Below, one piece after another: positions 9,764 through 20,402 of a stretch of 64,000 nucleotides of DNA. The notes under the pieces were generated by a model, which worked only from the letters and a program-made list of their open reading frames with translations, was not told the DNA's origin and ran no database searches. The stretch comes from Candidatus Latescibacterota bacterium (GTDB lineage Bacteria; Krumholzibacteriota; Krumholzibacteriia; WVZY01; JAKEHA01): the NCBI GenBank assembly GCA_963707635.1, contig OY970173.1, positions 2,801,489 to 2,865,488 of the forward strand, in the 5' to 3' direction. Position 1 is the stretch's first letter. The number at the start of each line of letters is the position of its first letter. A program made the translations under genes and the position numbers.

Positions 9764-12295
9764 CTACCTCACGAGCGTCATCTTCCTCGCGTCGCTGAAT
9801 TCGCCAGCGATCAACCGATAGAAATACACGCCCGAGCCTACCGTCGTTCCGCGATCGTTGCGACCGTCCCATTCGAGCGAGTATGACCCGCCTGGCCTCG
9901 ATTCGTTCACCAGCGTGCGTACGGGCGTACCGCTCACGTCATAAACCACCAGCTCCACGTGCTCGCGTGACGCGATTCGATACCGGATGGTCGTCGACGG
10001 ATTGAATGGGTTGGGATAGTTCGGCATGAGCTCGTACCGGGGAGGCACCGGTTCCGGGTCCGCCACGCTGTTCGTTATCTCGAACACATCGTCGAGCATT
10101 GCGCTGGCACCGCCCGGGTTGTAGACCACTACATCATAGAATCCATTGATCGCGCCCGTTGTGTTGAACGTCGCGCGAATCCGGTCCTTCCCCAGCCACG
10201 TGACCGATGTCGCCGCGAACGTTGCGTTGCCGCGCACCAACTCGACAGTGCCCGTCCTGGCAAACCCCGCGCCGTCGATTGTCAGAAGAACAGTCGGCAC
10301 GGAGGTGTTGACGGGAGTCACCGTCGCCGGTGCCGGCGGTGGCCAACCGCCCCGCATCGCAGCATTGATGGGATCGCCGCTGCCACTGGTGATGCGAATG
10401 CTCACGTGACTCGGCCCGCCATGTCCATTGCTGGAGGGAGTGCTGGTACCGCTAAACACGGTGCGGTTAGCCTCTCCCGGGTACGGATCTCCTTCATCAC
10501 CGAGATTTTCGGCTCGCTCCAGGTTGAACAACCCGTCGGCCTGCTCGACCGCGACCCGGCGCGGGATGTTATTGCTCGCACCCCCCGTCTGGTTCCCGCT
10601 GTCAATGTGCCAGATCACAAGGCCGCCTCCACCCAGCACGTTGACATCCGTGCCGACCGGCTGACGGTTCTCCACCAGGAAGTACTCGATGGGGTTCGTC
10701 ATGTCCTCCGCCCATCCATCCTCACGCGTTTCGAAATTCGTGGAATGCGCGACCCCTCCGCCGACCACCGAAATATCATCCAACACGAACGCTCCGCACG
10801 TAGTGGCATTGACGCCGTCTTCGTCCGACCAATTCGCGTCCGACACAAACATGAACTTGATCGTGTAGGGCGTGCCGGCGATCAGGAAAGGCGTGATGTC
10901 CACCACTTCGGTGCCGGAGCCGGTTCCGTGGTAAGTCGCGAACGTGAAGGTCACGCCTCCCGTGATGACCTGGGCGAGCGTGTAGTCAAAGCTCGGTTCC
11001 GTTTCATGGGTATACTTGTACGAGAGCGTGACGGTACCGTTGGTGTAGCCGAATTCCTGTGCCAGCGAATGCTTCCACCGGTTTCCGTAGCCAGCGCCAG
11101 AAATCCAGTTGCGCCGTGCCGCTTCGGAGGAGGTCAGCCCGCATCGCATCGAATATTTTCCGCTAATCGCGCAGGTTGCGCTACGGCGCCAGCGTTCGTA
11201 CATGACGTCGAGACGATAGACGTCACGGTTGGTCTCCACGTTGAAGATCGAGAACGGCGTGGGGACCGACGGGACTACGGTGACGTCCACCCACCCGAGC
11301 TGTGACTTTGACCAGGCGCCCATGTGCGACGGGCTGCTGGCCGTGTACTCGCCTCCGTAACCCATCAGGCACCAGACCCCGACGCCTGCCGACCCGCCAT
11401 CCGTATCGTACAGATCGGGGAGGCCGAAGGCGTGTCCGTACTCGTGGCAAGACACACCGATATTCTCGGTGTTCACTCCGCCGCAGGTGAAGGCCGGCTG
11501 GATCACGTAGTCGTCTACGATGATGCTGCCACCGCCGGTGCGCGGATCGTTGGTCACGTGACCCCCGCCGAGACTCGAATGATGAGACCAGATGCCCCCG
11601 GGCTGGCCGGTGCACTCCCCGCCCGGTTTCGCGTGCACGATGGAAACAAAGTCCACGTAGCCGTCGTCGTCACCCGAGTTGGGAATCCCGTCGGGACCGT
11701 CGTTGTCATACTGGCCGAAGTCGATCGCGGCATCATTCGCAGCGACGGTCGTGATGACCAGCTCGTGGACATTCGCAGCCCCACACCGCCCGTTGCATGT
11801 GCCCGGACCGGCGTAGTACGCGTCCGATTCGGGCAGCGTCGTCCAGCCGTAGACGGTGCCGGTGACGTTGAGATCGCCGTATGAAATCTCGCTGTAATAC
11901 TCCGTCAGCGTGCGTGGTGAAAAGGGCCCGTCATATAGTTTCGTCTGCACGATCGACACCGGATACGGATCCGCGCCGGTGTTGCTGAACTTCACGCAGA
12001 ACGTCGGCACAGCAATCGTGCCTGTGACAGCAAAGCGAGGACGTTCCGCCGCCTGGAGCAGATCACGTTTGTAGAATCCGTGATCCCGGATGAAGCGCTC
12101 GCGGTTATCACGGATGATGCGCGTCTTTTCGATCCATGCGTGCTCGAACTCGAACTGGCCGTTGTTGTCCTTGAGCGACTGACTCACAGAGGGGGAAACC
12201 TCCGAGCCCGGTTCGGGCCGGGAGACTTGCGCGCGGGACGTTGTAATGGCACCGACACCAAGAACCAACGCCAGAATGAGCGGTGCTCGTTGCAT
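9764..12295 (-). CDS. Secreted M6-family (immune-inhibitor-A-like) zinc metalloprotease with T9SS-type C-terminal sorting domain
   Basis: Signal peptide at internal ATG (MQRAPLILALVLGVGAITTSRAQ); zinc motif HEYGHAFGLPDLYD; C-terminus ...MPNYPNPFNPSTTIRYRI...VYDVSGTPVRTL...WDGRNDRGTTVGSGVYFYRL...RKMTLVR. Confidence 0.8.
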   Translation of the reverse strand: MQRAPLILALVLGVGAITTSRAQVSRPEPGSEVSPSVSQSLKDNNGQFEFEHAWIEKTRIIRDNRERFIRDHGFYKRDLLQAAERPRFAVTGTIAVPTFCVKFSNTGADPYPVSIVQTKLYDGPFSPRTLTEYYSEISYGDLNVTGTVYGWTTLPESDAYYAGPGTCNGRCGAANVHELVITTVAANDAAIDFGQYDNDGPDGIPNSGDDDGYVDFVSIVHAKPGGECTGQPGGIWSHHSSLGGGHVTNDPRTGGGSIIVDDYVIQPAFTCGGVNTENIGVSCHEYGHAFGLPDLYDTDGGSAGVGVWCLMGYGGEYTASSPSHMGAWSKSQLGWVDVTVVPSVPTPFSIFNVETNRDVYRLDVMYERWRRSATCAISGKYSMRCGLTSSEAARRNWISGAGYGNRWKHSLAQEFGYTNGTVTLSYKYTHETEPSFDYTLAQVITGGVTFTFATYHGTGSGTEVVDITPFLIAGTPYTIKFMFVSDANWSDEDGVNATTCGAFVLDDISVVGGGVAHSTNFETREDGWAEDMTNPIEYFLVENRQPVGTDVNVLGGGGLVIWHIDSGNQTGGASNNIPRRVAVEQADGLFNLERAENLGDEGDPYPGEANRTVFSGTSTPSSNGHGGPSHVSIRITSGSGDPINAAMRGGWPPPAPATVTPVNTSVPTVLLTIDGAGFARTGTVELVRGNATFAATSVTWLGKDRIRATFNTTGAINGFYDVVVYNPGGASAMLDDVFEITNSVADPEPVPPRYELMPNYPNPFNPSTTIRYRIASREHVELVVYDVSGTPVRTLVNESRPGGSYSLEWDGRNDRGTTVGSGVYFYRLIAGEFSDARKMTLVR

Positions 12296-12317
12296 GGATG
12301 CTCGGATCACCTGCTGC

Positions 12318-12905
12318 TCACTCGTCGCCTTCGTCTCCAAAGTGGGTCGCACGCGGCACTTTTCCCACCAGATCGGCGAACCGATAGGTCTGTGTGAGCC
12401 GTGCGAACTCTGGAGCACCGCGTACCTCGACGTAAAGATGTGCGGCGGGAATCCACGCGTTCTTGGCTCGATACCAACCTTCTCTGCTGGCAGTCGCATT
12501 GACAAGAACGCATTCGAGCGTCGCGGCCACAACGAGCTCCGCAGGCCATCCAAGTTTCTTCGGGTCGAACCCGGTCAAGTCGATGTGGACACGGACCGTA
12601 TCCCCAAAAAGGGCTTGTCCCTGGAAATGATAGGGATCCACCCACGTCTTGATCCCCGCGATGTTGGCTGCATTGCGATTCTCCGGTTTCCCAGCATCGT
12701 TCACGACGAAGCTTTCGTTGCAGGTGTAGTCCACAAGGCGTCCCCACGAGGCAATGTCATCGTATACAACGTACGTCACACGGCTGAGAACGATCCCGTC
12801 CTCAACGACGATGGGCTGCGCAATCTCGATGGCACGTTCCTCGGAGGCAGACACGGTGCTGGCGATAGCCAGAAGGATCCAAGCGACGAGGGGTCGGGCT
12901 AACAT
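12318..12905 (-). CDS. Secreted hypothetical protein
   Basis: Start at internal ATG giving signal peptide MLARPLVAWILLAIASTVSASEE; no recognisable domain. The upstream part of the track ORF is a translation of the adjacent ssrA-derived repeat. Confidence 0.5.
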   Translation of the reverse strand: MLARPLVAWILLAIASTVSASEERAIEIAQPIVVEDGIVLSRVTYVVYDDIASWGRLVDYTCNESFVVNDAGKPENRNAANIAGIKTWVDPYHFQGQALFGDTVRVHIDLTGFDPKKLGWPAELVVAATLECVLVNATASREGWYRAKNAWIPAAHLYVEVRGAPEFARLTQTYRFADLVGKVPRATHFGDEGDE

Positions 12906-12931
12906 GTGGCTCACCAAAACACGAGCAGAAA

Positions 12932-13106
12932 TGGTGGAGGCGGCGGGAATCGAACTTTCAAGAAGATGAAACACTAACCTGATGATGGCGCTCGATTTCG
13001 GACGATAAGAATTGAAACATCACAGGTTATACGAACGCCGCTTCTCCACCCCAGTCCTCTGCAGTCTACCGGAATCGACCCATGTCATGGAGACATTTTG
13101 GAGACG
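12932..13106 (-). repeat. Class I ssrA-3'-end-derived repeat element, copy A (~175 bp)
   Basis: Minus-sense 3' end GTTCGATTCCCGCCGCCTCCACCA is identical to the last 24 nt of ssrA (T-loop to CCA). The adjoining ~150 bp is conserved with copies B and C (shared blocks cctgatgatggcg, gatttcgg, cagtcctct, ggagacattttggagacg) but unrelated to the ssrA body. The T-stem 5' strand and acceptor 5' strand are absent, so it is not an intact tRNA or tmRNA. Confidence 0.7.
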
Positions 13107-13159
13107 AGAACAAGATATCGGGCATGCAGGACTTCATCCTCCAGCCTGGGTGCAACGGT

Positions 13160-13891
13160 TCAATTCCGGACGATCTTGCTGAGTTCTGCAAGCGTGGTCG
13201 CCCGGTAGCCCATCTCATCGAGGCGCGGAAGTACCCGATCGAGAACCTCGATCGTCCGTTTGCGGTTCGGCCGCCCGTCGTGCAGGACGAGGACGGCGCC
13301 AGGGCGAACATTCTCGAGGAACTGTTTGACCGTCAGACCGACACTGGTCCTGAGATCCATCGGGTAGGCCGTGGCCGCCACCGGCGTGTACCCGTTCTTC
13401 CGCATGATCCGGGCGATCCTCTTCGTTATCATGCCGCTTCCCGGACGGCACCAGCGGGGCGATCCGAGAGGCTGGATCAGCCTGTCGGTCCTTTTCAGTT
13501 CCTCGAGAAACTCTTCGTCCGACAGTGACGCGCTCATCCGGTCGGTAAAGAGGTGGTTGGCAAGTTCGTGTCCGTCGGAGCGGATGGATTCGACCAGTTC
13601 GGGATGCGCCTCTGCGTAGGAACCGATGATGAAGAATGTGGCCCTGGTCCGATGCTCGCGCAGCACGCGAAGAATTCCCGGAGTCACCTCGGGATGCGGT
13701 GCGTCATCGATGGTCAGTGCAATCAGGCGTTCCGTGGTGTCGATTCGAAATACAACATCGGGGTCGAGGCTGGATACGCGTGCGAGCAGCCAGTCACTCG
13801 GACGTACGAGCGTCCACGCACCAAGGGCTGCCAGCAGCAGAACCACGCAGGCGATCAGGATGAGGGTCACGTCACTCGCCGTCCACGACAC
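13160..13891 (-). CDS. Polysaccharide deacetylase (NodB-homology / CE4 family), membrane-anchored
   Basis: N-terminal transmembrane anchor; NodB-like motifs LTIDDAPHPEVT, RATFFIIGSYAEAHPELV, HELANHLFTD. Confidence 0.7.
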   Translation of the reverse strand: MSWTASDVTLILIACVVLLLAALGAWTLVRPSDWLLARVSSLDPDVVFRIDTTERLIALTIDDAPHPEVTPGILRVLREHRTRATFFIIGSYAEAHPELVESIRSDGHELANHLFTDRMSASLSDEEFLEELKRTDRLIQPLGSPRWCRPGSGMITKRIARIMRKNGYTPVAATAYPMDLRTSVGLTVKQFLENVRPGAVLVLHDGRPNRKRTIEVLDRVLPRLDEMGYRATTLAELSKIVRN

Positions 13892-13899
13892 TCACTTGA

Positions 13900-15093
13900 T
13901 CAGTAGATGAGGTGCTCCGATATGCTGCCGTACGGCGTCTGACGGCGGTTGTCGTAGTGGCGCTTGACGATCTGACCATTCTCACGCCGCAACAGACCCA
14001 CTTCGTCCAGAAGGCCAGGAGCGTGCGATGGTATCACGGTGTGGTTGCTCATGAGCCAGTGCAGCGCCGCGGGCATGCGAAGGAGGGCCACCGTCCGGTT
14101 ACCGGCTGCCAGCGCGGAAAGGAATTCCGGCATGGTCTTGGGTGAGATGCGGATCCGCTGCGGCTCCCCCAGTCCGGCTCGCTCGTGAATGCGCTGATTG
14201 GCCCAGTCCACCGACTGCAGCGCCATCGTGATGCACGACCGCTCCAGCAGCTGGTAGCGGACTTTCCCGTTGAGAATATCCTCGATCGGGTTCTCCGGAA
14301 CCTCTGCTTTCCTCGACTCCTTGGCCAGAGTCTCCCAGTCCTCGAGTTCCGCAGCCGGATAGCCATCAGGCATCTTGCGGCCCTCCTTTATATGTTCTTC
14401 CATGATGCTCAGGGTCGTCTGCCGCGAGACGGCATCAGCGAGAACGAGACTCACATACAACAGCTCGTTCTTCGCATTCTCAACATCGGGCAGGTTCAGA
14501 GGGTAGCAATGCCAGGGGCGGTCGAGTACGGCGTCGGCCACGCAGCGCACCGGACCCGCAAAGCACCTTGGGGTCAGTGCATACGTCGACGGATCCAAGC
14601 CCGCCACGGGGTCGAATGACGAAAGCGGCGGTCGCCACGCCTCCCAGCTCACGACGATGTCGTCGAGGACGGAATCGTTGGTGAAGGGCTGCCCGTCCGC
14701 TCCCAGCACGATCGGACGACGGTCCTCTCGGAAGGTGAAGCGTAGCATCCCGTGCCCCCCGGGCGATTCTCGGCCGGCAACCTTCGATATCACCATGACG
14801 AACTCGACGGACTCGACGGATTCCGCCCAGACCTTGACCGTACTGAGAAGGGTGATCCCTTCCACCGGATTGTTGAGAACGTTGACGTTTCGAACCAGAT
14901 AGTAATGTTCGGAACCAAAACCGGCCGACGAGGAGAGCCAACTGACGAACAGGGGCGCCATCGCCGCGGAAAGCCCGCTTGGGAGCTCGTCCTGCTGGGT
15001 TCTCACGCGAAGGACCGGACTGTAGGTGCGCTGCCACTTGAGAATATCGGCAGCAGTAACCACGCGACGTTTACTCGACGGCATTGTCATCAT
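13900..15093 (-). CDS. Hypothetical protein
   Basis: 397-aa ORF tightly packed between the deacetylase and ftsH on the same strand; no recognisable motif. Confidence 0.45.
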   Translation of the reverse strand: MMTMPSSKRRVVTAADILKWQRTYSPVLRVRTQQDELPSGLSAAMAPLFVSWLSSSAGFGSEHYYLVRNVNVLNNPVEGITLLSTVKVWAESVESVEFVMVISKVAGRESPGGHGMLRFTFREDRRPIVLGADGQPFTNDSVLDDIVVSWEAWRPPLSSFDPVAGLDPSTYALTPRCFAGPVRCVADAVLDRPWHCYPLNLPDVENAKNELLYVSLVLADAVSRQTTLSIMEEHIKEGRKMPDGYPAAELEDWETLAKESRKAEVPENPIEDILNGKVRYQLLERSCITMALQSVDWANQRIHERAGLGEPQRIRISPKTMPEFLSALAAGNRTVALLRMPAALHWLMSNHTVIPSHAPGLLDEVGLLRRENGQIVKRHYDNRRQTPYGSISEHLIY

Positions 15094-15094
15094 C

Positions 15095-17092
15095 CTAGCT
15101 CGCGCGCCGTGTTTCGGTTCCCGCTTGCGGCGCGAATCCGGTCACCTTCAGAATCTCCGGTTCATCCAGCGTCTCCTGCGCGAGCAGAGCCGTTACCAGC
15201 CTGTCGAGCTGCTGGCGATGCTGGACGAGCAGGCGCGTTGCTTCTTCGTGGCATTCGGAGATGATGCGCTGCACCTCCGCATCGATGAGCCGCGCGGTGG
15301 CGTCGCTGATGGGCTTCTCGCCCATGTACGCCGGAGACCCGCCAAGGTACGGATTGCCGGCGGGCGCCAGCTGTACCAAGCCCAGCTGATCGCTCATTCC
15401 CCAGCGCGTCACCATCATGCGCGTGATGTTGGTTGCCTGCTCGATGTCGTTCTCGGCGCCGGTGGTCCGGCTGCCGTACACGACTTCCTCGGCGGCGCGT
15501 CCGCCCAGCGTCCCGACGATACGCCCGCGCAGATACGACTCCGGATAGTTGTAGCGGTCGCTGATCGGCTGCTGGTACGTAACACCGAGCGCCTGGCCGC
15601 GCGGCACGATCGAGACGCGTTTCACCGGATCGGCCCCGGGAGTCACCAGCCCGAGGATGGTGTGCCCTCCTTCGTGGTAGGCGATGCGCTTGCGGTCTTC
15701 GCTGCTCAGCACGAGTGGACGCGTGGGGCCCAGGATGATCTTTTCCAGCGCGTCGAAGAAGTCTTTCATGTGCACGTTGTCCTGGCCGCGGCGCGCGGCC
15801 TGCAGCGCCGCCTCGTTCACGAGATTCTTGATGTCTGCTCCGGAGAGCCCGGTCGTTGCTCCGGCGATCTCGGCCAGATCGACGTCAGTCGCCAGCGGCA
15901 CCTTGCGCGTGTGTACTTTGAAGATTGCCTCGCGCCCTGTCTTGTCGGGAAGGTTGACGACCACGCGCCGGTCGAACCGGCCCGCGCGCAGCAGCGCCTT
16001 GTCCAGCGTATCCGGCTGGTTGGTCGCGGCGAGGACGATCACGCCTTCTCTGCTCGAAAAGCCGTCCATCTCGGAGAGGATTTGCTGCAGCGTTTGCTCC
16101 TGCTCGCCGACGCCGCCCATCACAACGGGACCACGCGCGCGACCAACCGCGTCGATCTCGTCGATGAAGATGATGGCGGGCGCGTGCTCGCGCGCCTGCC
16201 TGAACAGATCGCGCACGCGCGCAGCACCCACCCCGACGATCATCTCCACGAACTCGGAGGCACTCATGGAGAAGAATGGAACACCTGCCTCTCCCGCCAC
16301 CGCCTTCGCAAGCAGGGTCTTCCCCGTGCCGGGCGCGCCGACGAGGAGTACCCCTTTCGGAGCGGTTCCGCCCAGGCGCGTGTATTTCTCCGGCGCCTTG
16401 AGGAAATCGACGATCTCGACCAATTCGTTCTCGGCTTCGTCGATTCCCGCAACGTCGTCGAATGTCACTTTCGTGTCCGTGCTGGTGTCATATCGGCGAG
16501 CCTTGCTCGCGCCCAGACCCATGACGCCGCCCGCGCCGCCCTGGCGGCGGAGCATCCACGCGTAGAACGCGACTATCAGAATGGCCGGTCCGAACCCCAG
16601 GAGCATTGACAGCAACGGGTTGCCCTTTTGTATGGGCTCTGCGCTGATCTCCACGTCGTGGTCGATCAACAACGCCTCGAACCCAGGGTCCACGAAAGAA
16701 GGAAGCGTGGTCTTGAAATTGCGGCTCGCTCGTGCGCCACCGCCCCATGGCCGGTCCGGAGCAGCGCGGCTCGAATCCGCAGGAGGATAGGTCACCGGTT
16801 CTCGGAACCGGCCCTGGATGATCTCGCCTTTGCTGAAGACCTCTTCGACGTTGTCGCGCGCTACCTGCGTTTTGAAGAATGTGTAGGGAACCGTGGTGGC
16901 CGGTTCGGCACCAAGGAACACGCGCATCACGACGTAGTTGATGATCAGAAGGACCAGGAACGTGAGCCAGACTCGGCGCGGCGGCAGGCGTGGGCCGTCG
17001 CCCGACGAACCACGCGGCCCGGTCCCCGGGGCTCCACCGCGGCGCGTGATGGCAGGGCGCTGGCGTTGTTGGTCCTGATTAACGGTTTCCAT
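15095..17092 (-). CDS. ftsH: ATP-dependent zinc metalloprotease FtsH
   Basis: Two N-terminal TM segments; Walker [24 protein letters not shown]; AAA second region [15 protein letters not shown]; zinc site HEGGHTILG. Start set at internal ATG (METVNQ...). Confidence 0.9.
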   Translation of the reverse strand: METVNQDQQRQRPAITRRGGAPGTGPRGSSGDGPRLPPRRVWLTFLVLLIINYVVMRVFLGAEPATTVPYTFFKTQVARDNVEEVFSKGEIIQGRFREPVTYPPADSSRAAPDRPWGGGARASRNFKTTLPSFVDPGFEALLIDHDVEISAEPIQKGNPLLSMLLGFGPAILIVAFYAWMLRRQGGAGGVMGLGASKARRYDTSTDTKVTFDDVAGIDEAENELVEIVDFLKAPEKYTRLGGTAPKGVLLVGAPGTGKTLLAKAVAGEAGVPFFSMSASEFVEMIVGVGAARVRDLFRQAREHAPAIIFIDEIDAVGRARGPVVMGGVGEQEQTLQQILSEMDGFSSREGVIVLAATNQPDTLDKALLRAGRFDRRVVVNLPDKTGREAIFKVHTRKVPLATDVDLAEIAGATTGLSGADIKNLVNEAALQAARRGQDNVHMKDFFDALEKIILGPTRPLVLSSEDRKRIAYHEGGHTILGLVTPGADPVKRVSIVPRGQALGVTYQQPISDRYNYPESYLRGRIVGTLGGRAAEEVVYGSRTTGAENDIEQATNITRMMVTRWGMSDQLGLVQLAPAGNPYLGGSPAYMGEKPISDATARLIDAEVQRIISECHEEATRLLVQHRQQLDRLVTALLAQETLDEPEILKVTGFAPQAGTETRRAS

Positions 17093-17190
17093 AATCACTC
17101 CTGTGCACCCGGCACTGTGAATCCCACCGCGTTCCTGCAATTCACCAGGCATGGCGACATCTTGGAGACGACCGCGACATCCAATCCATC

Positions 17191-17952
17191 TCAGCCCGCG
17201 TTGCGCGGTTTGGCCGCCCACTCGGATTTCTTGCCTTGCATGCCGGGAGGCAGCGCGAGCCCGACGCGGTGGCGTGCGAAAGTGTCATCGCGATCGAGGT
17301 GGGCGAGCATGAGCGCGGCCGCATCGGAGTACGGAACGATCATCTGTGGGATCCAGCTCGCAAAGATCGGTAGCAGCAACGGGTCGGGGAGCGCGTGAGC
17401 ATCGACGGGAACCTCGACCGGCAGTGTATCCACCGCAATCCGCAGCCGGTTCAGGCCCAGAGCCGGCTCCTCTACCATTGGCCCCGGACACAGCAGGCGC
17501 CAGTCCAGGCCCGACCGACTGAGACGTTCGAAATTGACTCGGTGCGGCCAGTACGTGGACTCGACTTTGGGCAGGTCCACTCCTTTGCGACCGGAAGGGC
17601 CGATGTCCAGGATCGCCGCCCCCGCGAGGAACCAGCATACCGGTTGCGCGGGAGCCGGAAGTGACTCGACGGCGGTTACGAGACGGTCGACGAGGTCAAC
17701 GAAGGTTTGACCCTCCGTGACCATGCCGGCGCAATTTATGAGCGCATCGTGTCCGCTGATGAGCGCTGCGATGTCAACGGGCGCGACTGTGGAGAGATCG
17801 CCCTGGTGCACTGCGACTTGAGCCTGAGCCTCGAGCGGCAGCCTGGAAGGGGTGCGGACGGAAACGGTGACCTCGTGCCCGGCGGCCAACGCCAGGCGAA
17901 GCACGTGGCTACCCAGGGATCCCGTTGCACCAAAGATAACGAGACGAGACAC
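17191..17952 (-). CDS. NAD(P)-binding domain protein (NmrA / atypical SDR-like)
   Basis: GTG start preceded by GGGAGG; Rossmann motif IFGATGSLGSHV near the N-terminus. Confidence 0.55.
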   Translation of the reverse strand: MSRLVIFGATGSLGSHVLRLALAAGHEVTVSVRTPSRLPLEAQAQVAVHQGDLSTVAPVDIAALISGHDALINCAGMVTEGQTFVDLVDRLVTAVESLPAPAQPVCWFLAGAAILDIGPSGRKGVDLPKVESTYWPHRVNFERLSRSGLDWRLLCPGPMVEEPALGLNRLRIAVDTLPVEVPVDAHALPDPLLLPIFASWIPQMIVPYSDAAALMLAHLDRDDTFARHRVGLALPPGMQGKKSEWAAKPRNAG

Positions 17953-17975
17953 TTTCGATCCTCCCGGCACCGCGC

Positions 17976-19730
17976 CTACGGGTTGATCTCGAACCGCACA
18001 GACCGGAACGAGCCGATACCGTGATCGCTCTTGTAGACCGCCACACCGAAGATGAGCCCGGCGTCGAGGCGGTACGTATTCTGAGTCCACCCCTGGTACC
18101 CGGTCAGACGCCGTTCGCCATCGATCCACAGGTCGGCAGTCTTCAGCGCCGGGTCATAGATGATCTCGTATCGGTGATAGCCGCCAACGGGACTCTGCAT
18201 GAAGTCCATACCCCGAAACTCGGGAACGACCTGCGTGGGCAGGCGTACGATCTCCCGGTCGCCGTCCACAAATACCTGGACGGGAAATCCGAGGCCGCCA
18301 CCACCGAATTCGGCCGCCGCATAGGCCGCACCCGCTTCTGCCCTCAGCACGGCAGTCAGCTTCCAACCCCGATCCATCGCGCGCCGCGTCTCCGAGCTGG
18401 TGAAGGGATGGAAGTACAGCCCCCGACTGGGCGTCTCAAGGCGCCAGCCATCGTAGCCCGTGTGTGTCGGATTCTCGGTGACGCCAGTTCGCACCACTTC
18501 TTCGCGCACCTCGAAGCCCTCGGTGAGTGGGTCGAAGGCACCCACCTTCTCCACGATTCGGACCGGCTCCGCCCGGTCGCGCAGGATCGTCCTCTCGATG
18601 GCCGCTGCGGCGGCAAGGGCGATCGCCAACAGCGCGACGCCCACGGCGGCGCGGCGCACGCGCCGGCGCCCCGGCCCGAGCGTACCGGCCAGCGACTCGC
18701 TCCAGGCCTGAACGTCGGTGGGCCGCTCCTCCACCCGAAAAGCCAGCGCCGACTCCAGCGCCGCCCGGGTCTCGCGGCCCGTCGATGCGGGCAGCGCACG
18801 AACGTGCGGATACCCGCCGAGCATCTCACAGGCCACCAGCGCCATTGCATAGACATCGGAAGCGATCGAGTGTTTGCCTTCGAACTGCTCCGGCGCCATG
18901 TAGCGTACCGTTCCGGCGATCAGCACCGCCGTCGTTTCGGGTTCCAAATCCGAGCGGTCGATCTTAGCGATCCCGAAATCGATGAGTCGCACGATGTCAG
19001 CGCCGTCGTTGCGTGGCTGCAACATGATGTTCCCCGGCTTCAGGTCCCGGTGCGCAACGCCGGCGGTGTGCGCCGCGCCAAGGGCGCTCCCCATCTGCCG
19101 CAGGATTTCGGCCGCACGCGCTGGCGGAATGGGCCCCTGTGACAACAGCTCGCTCAGGCTCACGCCTGGAACGTACTGGATTACCAGAAAAGGCGAGCCG
19201 TCCTCGAGCTCGCCGACGTCCAAGATGCCCACGACCCCCGAATGATCGATTCGCGCGAGCGCATGCATCTCCTGCTCGAAGCGCGCTTTCAGCCAGTGGG
19301 ACCGGCGCCCTTCGACACGCATCACCTTGATCACGACCGGACGCATCGCCAGGTGCTGGTCATGCGCCAGGTAGACCAGCGCCTGCCCGCCCGTGGCGAG
19401 CTCCCGGTCGATGCGGTAGCGATTCCCCAACACCTGACCGCTGGTCAGACGTGCGGCGCTCGTCAGACCCTCCACGACCGATTGCCCGAGAGGTGACCAG
19501 GGAGGATCCTCGAGAAATCCGTCATCCGGCGTGTCCCCCGAAAGCAGTGCCTCCACCTCCGCCCGCAGCGCGCCGTCGCCTTCGCAGGCCAGGGTCAGGA
19601 ACGAATCTCGTTCGTCGCCGTCCAGCGCTCTCGCCGCCGTGAAGAGAGACGAGATCCGCTCCCACCGATCGTTCACGCCTGCGCTCAAGCCTTCAGCCTC
19701 GCATGGAGCCAGGACCGCGCAATGGCCCAA
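17976..19730 (-). CDS. Serine/threonine protein kinase with transmembrane segment and C-terminal extracytoplasmic domain
   Basis: Hanks-kinase motifs: ATGGQALVYLA...VVIKVM (ATP site), HRDLKPGNIML (catalytic loop), DFGIAK, APEQ. One TM helix (AAVGVALLAIALAAAAAI), then ~200 aa. Start uncertain: ATG at 19730 overlaps the sigma gene; TTG at 19688 or GTG at 19676 would couple to the sigma stop. Confidence 0.8.
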   Translation of the reverse strand: MGHCAVLAPCEAEGLSAGVNDRWERISSLFTAARALDGDERDSFLTLACEGDGALRAEVEALLSGDTPDDGFLEDPPWSPLGQSVVEGLTSAARLTSGQVLGNRYRIDRELATGGQALVYLAHDQHLAMRPVVIKVMRVEGRRSHWLKARFEQEMHALARIDHSGVVGILDVGELEDGSPFLVIQYVPGVSLSELLSQGPIPPARAAEILRQMGSALGAAHTAGVAHRDLKPGNIMLQPRNDGADIVRLIDFGIAKIDRSDLEPETTAVLIAGTVRYMAPEQFEGKHSIASDVYAMALVACEMLGGYPHVRALPASTGRETRAALESALAFRVEERPTDVQAWSESLAGTLGPGRRRVRRAAVGVALLAIALAAAAAIERTILRDRAEPVRIVEKVGAFDPLTEGFEVREEVVRTGVTENPTHTGYDGWRLETPSRGLYFHPFTSSETRRAMDRGWKLTAVLRAEAGAAYAAAEFGGGGLGFPVQVFVDGDREIVRLPTQVVPEFRGMDFMQSPVGGYHRYEIIYDPALKTADLWIDGERRLTGYQGWTQNTYRLDAGLIFGVAVYKSDHGIGSFRSVRFEINP

Positions 19731-20251
19731 TCCCGGTCCACGGTTCTGGGGTTCACTCCAAGAGCGCTCGCCACTTCGGGCACACTGAGTCCCGCAAAAT
19801 AGCGCAACTCCACGACACGAGCCTGGCGGGGTGAGAGCTTCTCGAGATCCGAGAGCGCTTCGTCCAGGTCCAGCAGCTCCACCGACTGCTCCTGACTGAG
19901 GCTCAAAGCGTGATCGAGCGAAAGCGCGGTTTGCTCACCCTCGCGCTTCTGTGCCTGCCGGTGGCGCGCGTGATCGATCAGGATCCTCCGCATGATGTTG
20001 GCGGCGGCGGCGTAGAAATGTGCCCGGTTCTCCCACGTGTGGTGTTCGTGGGCCACCAGCCGCATGTACGCCTCGTGCACCAGAGCGGTGGGCTGCAGAT
20101 CGCGACCGGGACGTTCGTGACGGAGCCGGGCTCGTGCCAGGTTTTTCAACTCGGGGTAGATCAGATCCATCAGTCGGGACGCGGCGGCGCCGTCACCCGG
20201 CCGAAACTCGCGCAGGAGAAGCGTCACCTGGGTGGCCCGTTCGCTGGTCAT
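19685..20251 (-). CDS. ECF-type RNA polymerase sigma-70 family factor
   Basis: Region 2-like (ALVHEAYMRLV...) and region 4 helix-turn-helix (RQARVVELRYFAGLSVPEVASALGVNPRTVDRDW). ATG at 20251 is preceded by GGGAGG; lies directly upstream of the kinase on the same strand. Confidence 0.75.
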   Translation of the reverse strand: MTSERATQVTLLLREFRPGDGAAASRLMDLIYPELKNLARARLRHERPGRDLQPTALVHEAYMRLVAHEHHTWENRAHFYAAAANIMRRILIDHARHRQAQKREGEQTALSLDHALSLSQEQSVELLDLDEALSDLEKLSPRQARVVELRYFAGLSVPEVASALGVNPRTVDRDWAIARSWLHARLKA

Positions 20252-20402
20252 TGCCTGCCTCCCGTTTTCTTTTGACCCCAACAAGATAGCACGCGACCCC
20301 GCAGGATGTCGCGATTGCCTCCGCTGTCACGCCATGAAGGGTCGAGGGGTGAAGTGAAACAGGCCAAGTTGTCCGAAATGGACGGAGTGGAAGGAGACAC
20401 AC

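Noticed and set aside
15026-16609. 527-aa plus-strand ORF opposite ftsH, and similar long antisense ORFs opposite the M6 protease (10406..11305), OPT transporter (55375.., 56209..57264), kinase (18021..19142), adenylation enzyme (50528..52078) and others
   Set aside because: Each lies antisense to a gene with clear conserved motifs and itself shows no motif, start context or plausible composition; treated as GC-driven artefacts.
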